Of a stretch of 64,000 nt of DNA, positions 52,746 through 64,000 are shown piece after piece (position 1 is the stretch's first letter; each line of letters starts with the position of its first letter). Source of the stretch: Octopus bimaculoides (Eukaryota); the NCBI RefSeq assembly GCF_001194135.2, contig NC_068986.1, forward strand, positions 59,710,384 to 59,774,383. The letters are read 5' to 3'. A program made the translations under genes and the position numbers. A model generated the notes under the pieces. The model worked only from the letters and a program-made list of their open reading frames with translations. It did not search any database and was not told the DNA's origin.

Positions 52746-53859
52746 ATGCGTGCGTGTGTGTGTGGGTGTTTGTGGGTGTGTGTGCATGCATGTATGTAGT
52801 ATACAACTGGTCAGTACTGAAAGCAATGCCATCTTAATTCCCAATGGAGAAATAAACTGGAGACAGAATTATGTGTGTGGGTGTGTCTAAAAGTATTGAT
52901 TCTTTTATCTCTGGTAACAAAAATCTAGGTACACAAGAAAAATGTCGTGCTGCAAAGTATGGCAATAAATGGTGTTGGGGTGAGGGATGAAAGAATTGAA
53001 TGGTGTGAGATGGGTTGAAATGGAGTGGAAGTAAGGGGTAGCGTCAGTGAAGGAAGAGAAAGAGGCAGAAAGAGAGAGAGAGAAAGAAAGAGAGAGAAAG
53101 AAAGAGAGAAAGAGAGAGGGATAGATAGATAGATAAATAGACAGAGAGATTTATGGTACTGGTAACGCACACATACACTGCTGAGACCCCCTTCGGTCAT
53201 GACTGACCATGGGATTGCGCCTAGAAAGTTACCCTCAGAGGCACAAGTTCGGGCAAGGTTGTTTATTGAAGACCAGCAGTCGCCCATGCATACCGGCCTC
53301 CCCTCTCCACACCACTGATGTTATCCAAGGGAAAGGCAAAGGCCAATACAGCTTGGCACCTGTGACGTNNNNNNNNNNNNNNNNNNNNNNNNNNNNNNNN
53401 NNNNNNNNNNNNNNNNNNNNNNNNNNNNNNNNNNNNNNNNNNNNNNNNNNNNNNNNNNNNNNNNNNNNNNNNNNNNNNNNNNNNNNNNNNNNNNNNNNNN
53501 NNNNNNNNNNNNNNNNGCCTTCACTATACATACACACACATATATATATATATATATATATGAACAGAGATAAAAATTAACAGGTCATTTTATTCCCACC
53601 AGTCAGTTCATGAATTCAGCAAAAAGGTAAGATAAAACTTCCATCATTGATACAAAGGCTTTTGCATCTCAGAAGATTCACGGAATATTTTTTGTTTCTT
53701 TTTGAGCATATTTTCTTAAAGTTTATAATGAAATCTTTTTGAAGAAATTGTTGCCAAAAATTTGCTTGAACTGAAATTCCTTCGTACTTGATTCAAGTAA
53801 AAAAAAAGTTCAATATTCAGACGAATATTTAAAATTTGGATTTATACCCGCTATCCACG

Positions 53860-55219
53860 ATAAACTGTCACCAAGTTATGAGTGAAAAACTCGGTGCATG
53901 CTTGATTGTTTGGGACAAGGCACCCATGTATCATCATTATCTATTTGAAGCACTGAATCAAACACTGAAGGATATAATAAACAATGATTTGATCTTTCGC
54001 AGCAAATTGATAATTTTAGGTGGTGATTTTCATCAAATTCTTCCAGTGGTTCGAAGAGCACAAAGGTCTTCTCTAATTGGAGCATGCCTGAAAAAATCTA
54101 TAATTTGGCATGAATGCGAAGTACTTCATCTCACCACTAATATGAGAGTGCAAAACTGTCTCAACATTAATGATACCACCTCTCAAGCTTGACTGGCATA
54201 TCATTCTGCTTAGTTATTGCAAATTGGTGATGGAAGAATCCCTAATGTTCAAAGACAATTATATGATGGTGTAATAGAGATTCCCCAGCAATTTCAAGTC
54301 AACAGTAAGGAGGATTTGATCAACCATGTCTATGAAGATTTAGAGATTAATTTTAACAATGCCCAATGGTTATCATCATGAGCAATATTAACAACAAAGA
54401 ATGAAGAAGTTGACAATCTAAATAACCACATAATCCAGAAATTTCCAGGTGAGACATATACTCTGAGGACTATTGATTCCGTTGCAGAAGATCAACAATC
54501 TGCACCCTATCCTCCTGAATTTCTGAATTCTCTTAATATAAGTGGCATGCCACTTCACATTATCAAAGTAAAAACGGGTGTTCCTATAATGTTGCTAAGA
54601 AACTTAGATCAGAGAAATGGGCACTGCAATGGCACATGTTATAGAGTGTTATCGTTGTCAGATAATATTATCACTGCAAGTAAAATAACTGGTGTTGATG
54701 CAGGATGCACATTATTCTGCAACCATCTGATACTGATTTGCCCTTTACTTTGAAAAGATGCCAATTTCCAGTGAGACCTGCTTTTGCGATGGCTATAAAC
54801 AAAAGTCAAGGACAAAGCCTTTCTAAGTGCAGCATCTACATACCTGCACCCGTATTTACTCATGGCCAGTTAAATGTCGCTCTAAGTAGAGTTGGGGATC
54901 CAGTGAATCTTAAAATATTTGCTGATCAAAAAGAATTTACCAGATCAGGAACAAGTAGACGTCATAATGAAAATGTAAGACTTACGTGTAATGTTGTCTA
55001 CACAGAAATAGTGTAAATATTGATATGCTACCTATGTAAAAAGTACAGATTTGCTTAATATTTTCTTTGTTATTTTATTACTGATTTTGTAAAGTATTTG
55101 CATAAATATGAACATGTAAATTATATCTTTTGTGTATTTCTCAAACAATAGTTGAATTAAATTGAAATGTTATTCTAAACATAGCATTGTTTTTTCCTTA
55201 TTGACGGGTCATGTACTAG
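53860..55219 (+). mobile_element. Helitron helicase half with intact 3' terminus (decayed)
   Basis: Motifs IVWDKAPM, ILGGDFHQILPVV, LTTNMRV, PPEFLNSL, MLLRNL...CNGT, AFAMAINKSQGQSL and VFTHGQLNVALSRV with stops and a frameshift. Ends gacgggtcatgtaCTAG|T (55216-55220). Confidence 0.93.
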
Positions 55220-55285
55220 TAATAATAATAATAATAATAATGATAGGAGAGTATTGTAGTTCACTTGAAGCATTGTGTATTGTTT

Positions 55286-55574
55286 GTAAAGAATAAAAAG
55301 TTTAGAATGGTACAACAATGCACTATAAAACAAAAAATGGACTATATGCCTGTTGTAACTTGGTTATCTATAGTCCGATGATATTTCGGAATTACAATTC
55401 CTTCTTTAGATCTTCTTAGCTGGAGTCTCTGCTACTCCAGCTAAGAAGATCTGAAGAAGGAATTGTAATTCCGAAATATCATCGGACTATAGATAACCAA
55501 GTTACAACAGGCATATAGTCCATTTTTTGTTTTATAGTGCATTGTTGTACCATTCTAAACTTTTTATTCTTTAC
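55286..55574. repeat. Near-perfect palindrome: 141 bp arms, 7 nt loop, one mismatch; probably an inverted Penelope pLTR
   Basis: 55286-55426 is the reverse complement of 55434-55574 except T55407/G55453. The loop is ctctgct. Confidence 0.95.
55448..55483 (+). ncRNA. Minimal type I hammerhead ribozyme motif with intact core, in the right arm of the palindrome
   Basis: GAU-CUGAAGA-A-GGAAU(UGUA)AUUCC-GAAA-UA-UC-AUC. Stem I is GAU/AUC, stem II is 5 bp and stem III is palindromic AUAU, with a UC site. Confidence 0.72.
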
Positions 55575-55606
55575 TAATGATAATGATGATGATGATGATG
55601 ATGATG

Positions 55607-57276
55607 GTTTCTTTTATTGGCCACAAGGGCCCAAGACATGGAGGATAATATTGAAGGATGAGTTATTGCACAACAAAAAAATTACAAAAACATAGGTTAA
55701 TATCAATCAAGGGGAGATACTACCACATTAATATATAACAGGATATCTAATAGAAAGTAGAGAAATAAGTAGAATTCTCAATAACAGGGCAGTTCACTTA
55801 GAGTAATCCGAGGTAAACCCCACACAAAAATCCCAGATTACTCTGCCATCTCCCAGGCATGGGAAAGTGCCCTCTTCCAGTTTCTTTCCTCCTGCTTAGA
55901 AAACCATATTCAGAGTCGATTCATTCAGTCTCACCAGTTTTGCCATTGTCAACAACCCTTTGATAAACACACTAGAAGACAGCATCTCCCTCTCTACACT
56001 CATCTTCCTCTTCAAAAGATATTTGGAGAAATTGATGAAGGCTTGACAAGGTAGGAATGTACCTGTCTTCAAACCTTTCAGATGGGTTCACCACACAGCC
56101 TCTTTTGCCACAGCCACTAGGCAGAGAAAGACCTGCCTTCCTTCTCTGCTAAGGAGAAATGGTGCATTGATCTTCCCTATACACTTGACAGACAGCTGAA
56201 TTCATCTTTCTCATGACAACAGCTGCTCCACATAATCCCACAACTCTTTAATGCACAGACACTGAATTCTTGCATGCAGGATTTTTCATCCACCTGCAAA
56301 CATCTTGGGCAGGTTTGGATGTTGGCATATCCGGCCTGAAGAGCTTGTCTCGAACGGGCAATACCCCTCTGTAGCACTGCCAAACCAAAGACTTTTGGAA
56401 ATTGTCCATGATCCTCAACTTGAAGGTCCCCTGGAAGACACTGCTCAGACTGTTCTTGTCAATGCCTTGATTCAATCCTAGGCCATCATCTCTCATACCC
56501 TCAACTAGCCCCCTATAGAAATCTTGGGTTTTCCTGCTAATGGTTTGGGCAGCTGGTACAATGCAGTGAGTGCCTGGCAACATTCTAGATGCCAAAAGCC
56601 AAACCTTGGTCTACGTTTGACCCATGACTGCAGCTGTTAATGAGATGAGCTGCAGAAAGATGTGTCACATGAAAGACGTCAACACCAGTTCACCCTTCTG
56701 TTGTCATTGTCCACATCATCACAGCGATTTAGATATTTCTGTAGGAGTGACAACCTCAAAGTGTGGCACCACATCATTAAGGATACCATCCCAAGACCAC
56801 TATGGTGTAGGTGTTGACAGCAGATGGATTTTCTGACCAGCGAAACCTGACCCATCCATAAGAATTGGAAAAACAAGCACTCCAATCTGGTCAGAGTTTT
56901 CTTAGGACAAAGTACAACGGCTAGGTGATAGTACACTACTGAGGTGATATATGCATTAGCTACTTCCACCTGGCCTTTCAGAGACTGCTTCCTTTCTGCC
57001 CATTTCTGAGTGGACTTGGCGACCTTAATTATGACCTCTTCCCAGTTCCTATCTACTTGAAGATCTGGTTCAAATCTGACTCTGAGAACTTTCACCGGAC
57101 CCTCTGTCCAGCGACAAAAATCACTGCTAGTCGACTTGTATTTCCAAGAGCCTAGTTACAGACCTACTGACTTGTCCTGATTTATGAGTGCTCCTGTGCA
57201 TTCCTGATATTTTTTCAGTATAGTGTCGATCTTTTCTTTGTCCAAAGAGTCTGATACCATGACAGTGACATCTGTC
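55607..57276 (-). mobile_element. Tx1/L1-clade LINE ORF2 3' part with (ATC)n tail
   Basis: Late RT ..DVTVMVSD...INQDKSVGL, then KGQVEVANAYITSV...FLW.G....VR.SIC...GLGM and WQCYRGVLPVRDKL with CPRC. Ends aataaaagaaac plus an (atc)n tail at 55577-55606. Confidence 0.88.
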
Positions 57277-59444
57277 AAATTTTCCTTATATCATACCCTA
57301 CCATCTCCAAAATAGACATGCTGGATGATGTGCTCCTAGATACATAGGTGCAATATGCCTAGGAAAAAGATGGAATGACCATGGGGTGAAGTCTGCTTGA
57401 TCAAGGTTAACTTGTGGCTAAACAACATCAACAACATATACACAGCATGTCAACTAGCCTAATAATTATTGTTTTACTAAAGATACATAGCACCATTGAA
57501 ATATATGCACATTTCCCCTAAGCCCTCAGGCTATTTCAAGAGTTGGTATTTAGCTCCAGTTTCAATGCATTAAACAGGTGTGATAAATCTTTCTGTGATA
57601 TAATGCTGACCTAGCTCAAGTAACACTACCAGGTAATCTGAGGCAAATAGAATTGAGTGTACATACATGACCTCAAAATGTGAGATTCAAACCTTCAAAA
57701 CATTAGTGAGCATTCTATCAGTTTTGGCTAATTGTAACTCTCTTAGTTGCAGCATTCAATCAATATTTATTCTAAGCAAGGTAGTAAGCTGACAGAATCA
57801 TTAGCATGGCAAGTAAAATGTTTAGTGGCATTTTATCCATCTTTATGTTCTGAGTTCAAATTTTACTGAGGCTGACTTTGCCTTCCATCCTTTCAGAGCC
57901 GATAGAATAAATACCAGTTAAGTCCTGGAGTCAATGTAATCTTACAAAATTACTGGCTTTGTGCCAAATTTGAAACCGATATTTATTCAAAGTTTTAGTC
58001 TTCTATTATATTCCCATCCACACCTGGGGTGCTTTATAAGACTATTGATTCAATTCCAGTACTTCACTAGGACTTTATTTTATTGACCCAAGAAGGATAA
58101 AAGGAAAAGTTTTCCACAATGAAATTTGAATTTAGAGTGCCGATATTGCAGGTATTTTGTCCAATGCTTTAATGATTCTGCCAATCTACATCAATATTTA
58201 TTGATCTTATGCAAATGTAAATGAATCAATTTCTTAACTTTTCCATAGCATATGCATCCATCAATAATAGATTAGCTGAATTGACTTCAAAAGAAATAAA
58301 TGCAAAACTATGAGATTCCTTTTATAAGCAAATGAAATACTTGTTAATTAAATAGTATTCTTGCTACTTAATTATCCACAGTACTTCAGCAACAATCATT
58401 GAGTAAATAATTGTGAGATGCATTGGCCATGCAAACCGATACCCTCAGTCTTTCTCCTCACTTACTTTGTCTCACTCTCACAACAATTTTCCCACTTCCA
58501 AACTAGCAAAATTGTTTGTCTCTCCAGTTCATATTCAAAATTTTATTCAAAACATATTCAAAATTTACATTTATCTCTCCTATACTGTTATTCTAACTGT
58601 GTTTTACTCCACCCCCAGACCTTATGGTAAACTATTTTATATAATTCTGTTCCTTTCCACTAACTCCTGCTCCAGCTTATGTTTTCTCTATTCAACATTG
58701 CCTCACAGAAATTAACATCAACTACATTAACCAAGGCTAATGGGTCATTGTTGTTACTGTTGTCATCATCATTATCATTGCCTTCTTCTTCTTCTTCCTC
58801 CTCCTCCTCCTTCTCCCCGCCACCTCCTTCTTCCTCAGATTCAGTTTCAGATAAAATAAAGTAGGTATTGTTACACTTTGTTACTGATGTAACAATGTGT
58901 AACAATATCTACATATGGGTACACACTGTGGGTAAGAATTGTCATCAGTTCAGCTGATTATTCTATATTTTGTTCAACGATGCATTGATTTTGTCATCTC
59001 TCACTCAGTTATAGCCCCCAAATTCTATTAATTTGATAAAAAGAGATCAATAAAATAAGTGCAACGCTGAAATAAGTATTGGGGTAGATAAAAATCAACT
59101 AAAATCTTTGAAGGCAATACCTCTATACAGTTACTATTTAATGACAGAAATGAATAAAAAGAATTTTTAAAAAATTATATAATTCTACCAGTTGTAATAA
59201 AAAAGGAAAATTGAGATGGTTTTAGATATGCTAAAAGTAGCAGCTAAATTTCTTTCAAACTATATACTTTATCTTAAAATAGACCCCTTGGAGAATAATA
59301 AAGGTACATTATTCTTGGAGAAAACAGATGAGATAGCCACAGCTTGAATGATTTTGATCATAAGTCTGCTCAGTCATAACCAAATGCAGACATGACAACA
59401 TCAACAAGCCGAAATAAAGATAAAACAATTATTATGATACTCAC

Positions 59445-59544
59445 ATGAAAGAGATGTAAAGCCTCCAAGATTGTATTCACTGTGGAACTGGTGGATCCTC
59501 GAATATCAGCAACTAGTGTGAGACCAACACATTTTTTCCTTTTT
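59445..59544 (-). CDS. Host gene coding exon A (100 nt, phase 2 to 0): CRAL-TRIO/Sec14-like domain of a puratrophin-1/PLEKHG4/ARHGEF40-family (Sec14-spectrin-RhoGEF type) protein
   Basis: Pyrimidine-rich acceptor ...ttactttcctctag and donor CAT|gtgagt. Translates (R)KRKKCVGLTLVADIRGSTSSTVNTILEALHLFH, matching the 'GL.V.VD.R' segment of Sec14 domains in PLEKHG4/TRIO/MCF2L-type proteins (recalled, not searched). Confidence 0.85.
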
Positions 59545-62500
59545 CTAGAGGAAAGTAAAAGGAAATAAGAAACAGTTATATTTGATTGATGTTCCATGAT
59601 AAACAGCTCAAGTTTTGAATTCATTCAAGTGGGTCAGAGGTCACAGAATTGTCAAAATGTTTATAGTTATGTTGTAAGTTGTTAGATGTAAGTAGCATGA
59701 AGAAGAGGTGGCTAGGAGATTTTGGAAGGAAAGGCATAATAGAAGTAATGAGAAAGAAGGAGAATAGTGACTATTTGTATGAATGTGTGCAGGCATGTGT
59801 TAGCATGTGTGTGTGTGCGTGTGTGCACGATGCCTGTGTGTGCACACGTGAACGCACAATCATGAGAGTGTTTATGAGGAGAGGGAAGTGTTTGGGTAGA
59901 GGAGAGAGAAAAGGAAGAATGAGAAATTTATGAAGGGAAGGTGGATGTGATAGAATAGAAGATAGAAAATAGCACAATAACAGGTATCAAAATAGGGGAA
60001 AGTTGTAGGCAAAGAAGGGAAGGGGTGGAGAGAATGAGAGATACACAGAATAAAATATAAAGAAAGAAAAGGATATGGAGAAAGAAAAAGCAAGATATGA
60101 AGAAGGAGGGGGAGAGAAAAAGATAAAGAAAAAGAGAGAGAGCAAGATAGGGTGAGAGAGAGAGTGAAAGTGAGTAAGAAAGAGAGCAGGAAAAACCTAA
60201 TTAAATTGTCAATGCTTGACTTGATTAACCTTTGCTATAAAACTATGAAATGAAATTTGAAGGGAGAATAAAATTGACAAATGTGGAGACAATTGAAATA
60301 TGAGTGCAGAAGATTAAATAGAGTATGATATTTAGTTCTGAGTTCTTATAAGTAATCTTCAATTCTAACAAAGCAGCCAACTCAGGACCACCAAAAACAC
60401 CCATGGCTTTGAATGTTCTCCAATATAAGAGTAGACAATCTTTATCTAAACACTATTTAAAGTAAGAAACAAGGTGACAAAGATGGGAATCATGAGACCA
60501 AACTCTGCTTGTTTCCATCAACAAGGTATGAAATAAACATACTACTATTTCTATTTTGAAACTGAAAAGGCTAATGCTATAAAGAAGGTCAGGCAGCAAT
60601 TAAAATTGGAAAAAACACTTGCATCAACCATCCATATTTAAATCTCTAAGTTCTTAAAACTAGCATAGAAAATAGAGAATAAAAGGTGTCAAAACATTTT
60701 TAAAAAAAAGTATGTTTGTGCATTTACATAAGAGAGAGAGAGTGCATATGTGTGTGCATGCACACATGCACAAGCATGTGCATGTATGGTCTTCATGAAA
60801 GACTTTACAAGCAAATGTCCATTTTGATTCAATAAAAGAAATTTAAATTCAGCAAGGTTTACTAATTATAATATAAGTTCCATTTTCAAATATCAATATA
60901 CCACAACTACATTTGGCTTTCTGGTTCAATGCTTAAAAATAGATTTATTTTGCCTCCTTCCAAATCCTAAATTATAATCATCAATTTCTAATTTTGCATT
61001 CTATACTCCCATTCCCCAATTCCATCCTCACACACCTAAATTATTGTCTATGCATAATAAGGCTATGAGACACTCGTAAAACTGGACACCCTCCCTTTTT
61101 TTTTTTTTTGTCAGATGTAAACAAATATTACTCGTCCAAATGATGTCAGTATGAAGAGATGTGGAAGCAAATGCCTTGTTTTCTTTCAGCAGGTTTTCAC
61201 ATTTAAGCTCTTTAGAAAATCATGATATTTATTTACATCTTTTGTCAAAAGTATATGCCATGTATCATTTGTGCCATGTGAAGACCATGTATCTTACTTG
61301 AAAGACAAGGGTTGGTGACAGGAAGGGCATCAGGCTGTAAAATACTGTCCCGTGAAGCCTCATTCAACCCATGTAAGTATGGAAAAAATAGACATGATAA
61401 CAATGATAATGGTGTTGGTGATGATGGTAACAAGACTGATGCTGATGATTTTAGGTAAGATTGCTGAAGTATCTAATATGAACATTTAGTAACCCTACAT
61501 CACTGTGCTTATTATATTTAGTGATAATGTAATTATACATTCCACATGATAATAACATGGCATGAGGCTGTTCCCTTACAACATCCCATATTTGCAGGAA
61601 TTTTACCAAATTTACCTATCTAGTGTATACCTACGATGGACACTTATCTTTTATCTAGACATTCCAATGTTGACAACTACAACTTTTCATTTATTTATTA
61701 TTTATTTTGCTTTTAGATTTATCTTTGTCTTACAGTTTTACATTTTTCTCCTACTGTCAAATGAAGCAGAATCTTTCAGAATGCCAATGTAAAGTTTGAT
61801 TCTGCTTCTTTTTCAAGCAAACATCTTACATAGACTTCTACCTAGTCATCATTGAAGGTAGGCAGGCAGATAATAAATATCTTGGCTAAATTTCCTTTTA
61901 GCTATAATAGATTATATGTTCCAAATATAAATTAAACTTATAGGTAACATACACAAACATATATAGCCTTATAATTATTGAAATGTACAGTACCTTTTGC
62001 TAAAAACAAATGGTTTTTCTGGTTGTTATCATATTTACTTACTGGAAGCAATAAATTATGAAGTCTTAAAATAAACAGGTGATATGTTAGAAAAGATTGA
62101 AAATACCCTAAACTTCACAAGATTCTTTCACTTCTACATGATTATTTGTTACCATATTTAGAAGAGTTATTGAAATTTCAAATGCATGTCAAAATGAGTT
62201 ACACATTTCATATCAAGAGCTGTGTCACTTCAAACTGGTTTTAATTGTTGTTAATTTTATACCATGGACTTGCCATAACCATAGAAGAATCTTTAATAAT
62301 TTAGACATTTAATTTTATTATAGATATTATAGATTAAAGAAACATAAAATTCTGTTACATTTTCAATCAACGCACAATTTGTAAATGATAGATTGTATTT
62401 TAATTACAACTAGGTAGAAGTTATCTTTCCTATAAATTTTCTCATCATTAACTATGCGCAATTGTTCGATCTAGGAATAACAGCTAAATCTCTTTCACAT

Positions 62501-63255
62501 AGGCAGTCCCAAAATTATGGGAAGACCATGGTCAGAAAGTTTGTGATCACATGTTCTCAATCAAGCTTCTGCTGGAGCTAAACAACAACAACAACAACAA
62601 TGGCAGTAGTGACAACTGCTGTAAAAATAGATAAATAGGTTGTTTTCATGGTCCTTTGATCTGTTAGAAATAGCAGTCAAAACCCCCTAAAATCACACCT
62701 TATTGTTTTAAAAGAAAAATGAAATGCCCAAGGCTAGAATACCTCTGATCTTAGGTCTGTTAATTCAGTATTTACTAGGTGGGGAGGACAAACAAATAAA
62801 GCATAGCATGTTCATGTTACATGGATTTGAATATCTATTCATTTATTTAGTTTGCTATTTTACAATTAAATTTTTCATGCTAGCATTAATAAGAAGCTAT
62901 TTGTTTATTAAAGTAATTATTGTTGCAACCATGAACAAATCTAACACAAAATAGAGAAGTGGAACATATCTATACTGATCAGGCAAAGTATAGCAGAAAG
63001 AGTTCAATGTAACAAAATGTTTGTAGTAGTTGCAGTTGTAGCGGGGATTAAACTCATAACCAATCTGAACAAATAGTCTAACACATTAACCTCACAGACA
63101 CTATTATGTTTGACAGAATCAAACAGTTTTAAGTCCAATAAGTTGCTACCCTATCAATTACACAGTCAGGAACTGCTGGCTTTCTCTCCTTTTCTCAAGA
63201 GGATTCAGCAAATGCATAATCTCTCCCTCTCTCATACTATATACATATACATATA

Positions 63256-63317
<62 letters not shown>

Positions 63318-63689
63318 NNNNNNNNNNNNNNNNNNNNNNNNNNNNNNNNNNNNNNNNNNNNNNNNNNNNNNNNNNNNNNNNNNNNNNNNNNNNNNNNNNN
63401 NNNNNNNNNNNNNNNNNNNNNNNNNNNNNNNNNNNNNNNNNNNNNNNNNNNNNNNNNNNNNNNNNNNNNNNNNNNNNNNNNNNNNNNNNNNNNNNNNNNN
63501 NNNNNNNNNNNNNNNNNNNNNNNNNNNNNNNNNNNNNNNNNNNNNNNNNNNNNNNNNNNNNNNNNNNNNNNNNNNNNNNNNNNNNNNNNNNNNNNNNNNN
63601 NNNNNNNNNNNNNNNNNNNNNNNNNNNNNNNNNNNNNNNNNNNNNNNNNNNNNNNNNNNNNNNNNNNNNNNNNNNNNNNNNNNNNNNNN

Positions 63690-63739
<50 letters not shown>

Positions 63740-63807
63740 CACAGGCATGGCTGTATGGTAAGTCCTACTGTTGGAAAAATAAGGATGCATGAGAATTGAA
63801 AATTGTA

Positions 63808-63999
63808 TTAGGTTTAAAAAAGGAGCTAAAGGTTTATGTGTGAAGCAGGAAGTGTGGTGTCAAAACAGGAAGTGTGTGTAAGGGGAGATAAAAACATTTG
63901 TCACCCCTTACACACACTTCCTGTTTTGACACTACACTTCCTGTTTTGACACTACACTTCCTGCTTAACACAAACTTTTAACCCTTTTTTTAAACCTAA
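63808..63999. mobile_element. MITE-like foldback with internal 20 bp subrepeats
   Basis: Arms 63808-63885 and 63904-63999 are reverse complements. The right arm has one extra caggaagtgtagtgtcaaaa unit. May extend past the window end. Confidence 0.75.
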
Positions 64000-64000
64000 C

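Larger units (their letters stand above)
9812..59444 (-). other. ~49.6 kb phase-0 GT-AG intron of the host gene, filled with transposon debris
   Basis: Bounded by the donor of exon A (gtgagt) and the acceptor of exon B. The spliced reading frame is continuous (EALHLFH|SNNEQG). Confidence 0.75.

Noticed and set aside
60250-60470. Minus-strand open frame containing SELNIILYLIF, a candidate for the exon upstream of exon A
   Set aside because: Lacks the expected G.RD..GR motif and a phase-2 donor. The upstream exon probably lies beyond the window.

Overview
AT-rich metazoan genomic DNA with three N gaps, dense microsatellites and retroposons. The SINE, RTE and Tx1 repertoire looks like Octopus (inferred from recalled repeat motifs, not searched). 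There is no prokaryotic content and no CRISPR array. The window holds part of one minus-strand host gene. Three coding exons (59445-59544, 9707-9811, 8030-8146) splice in frame into a CRAL-TRIO/Sec14-like domain of the PLEKHG4/ARHGEF40 (puratrophin/Solo)-SESTD1-TRIO family, and a ~49.6 kb intron splits that domain. The intron is full of decayed transposons: two internally deleted Ty3/Gypsy LTR elements, RTE and RTE-X LINEs, two R4/Dong-type elements at (TAA)n, Tx1/L1 pieces, two Helitron helicase remnants, a Penelope GIY-YIG remnant, mariner and hAT ends, HINE/MITE-like elements and many SINEs. The most striking structure is a 289 bp hairpin (141 bp arms, one mismatch) carrying a minimal type I hammerhead ribozyme. 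Its only mismatch turns core G5 into A on the strand the host gene transcribes. A second Penelope-type hammerhead lies at 6090-6128. Most ORFs in the supplied track are microsatellite or antisense artefacts.
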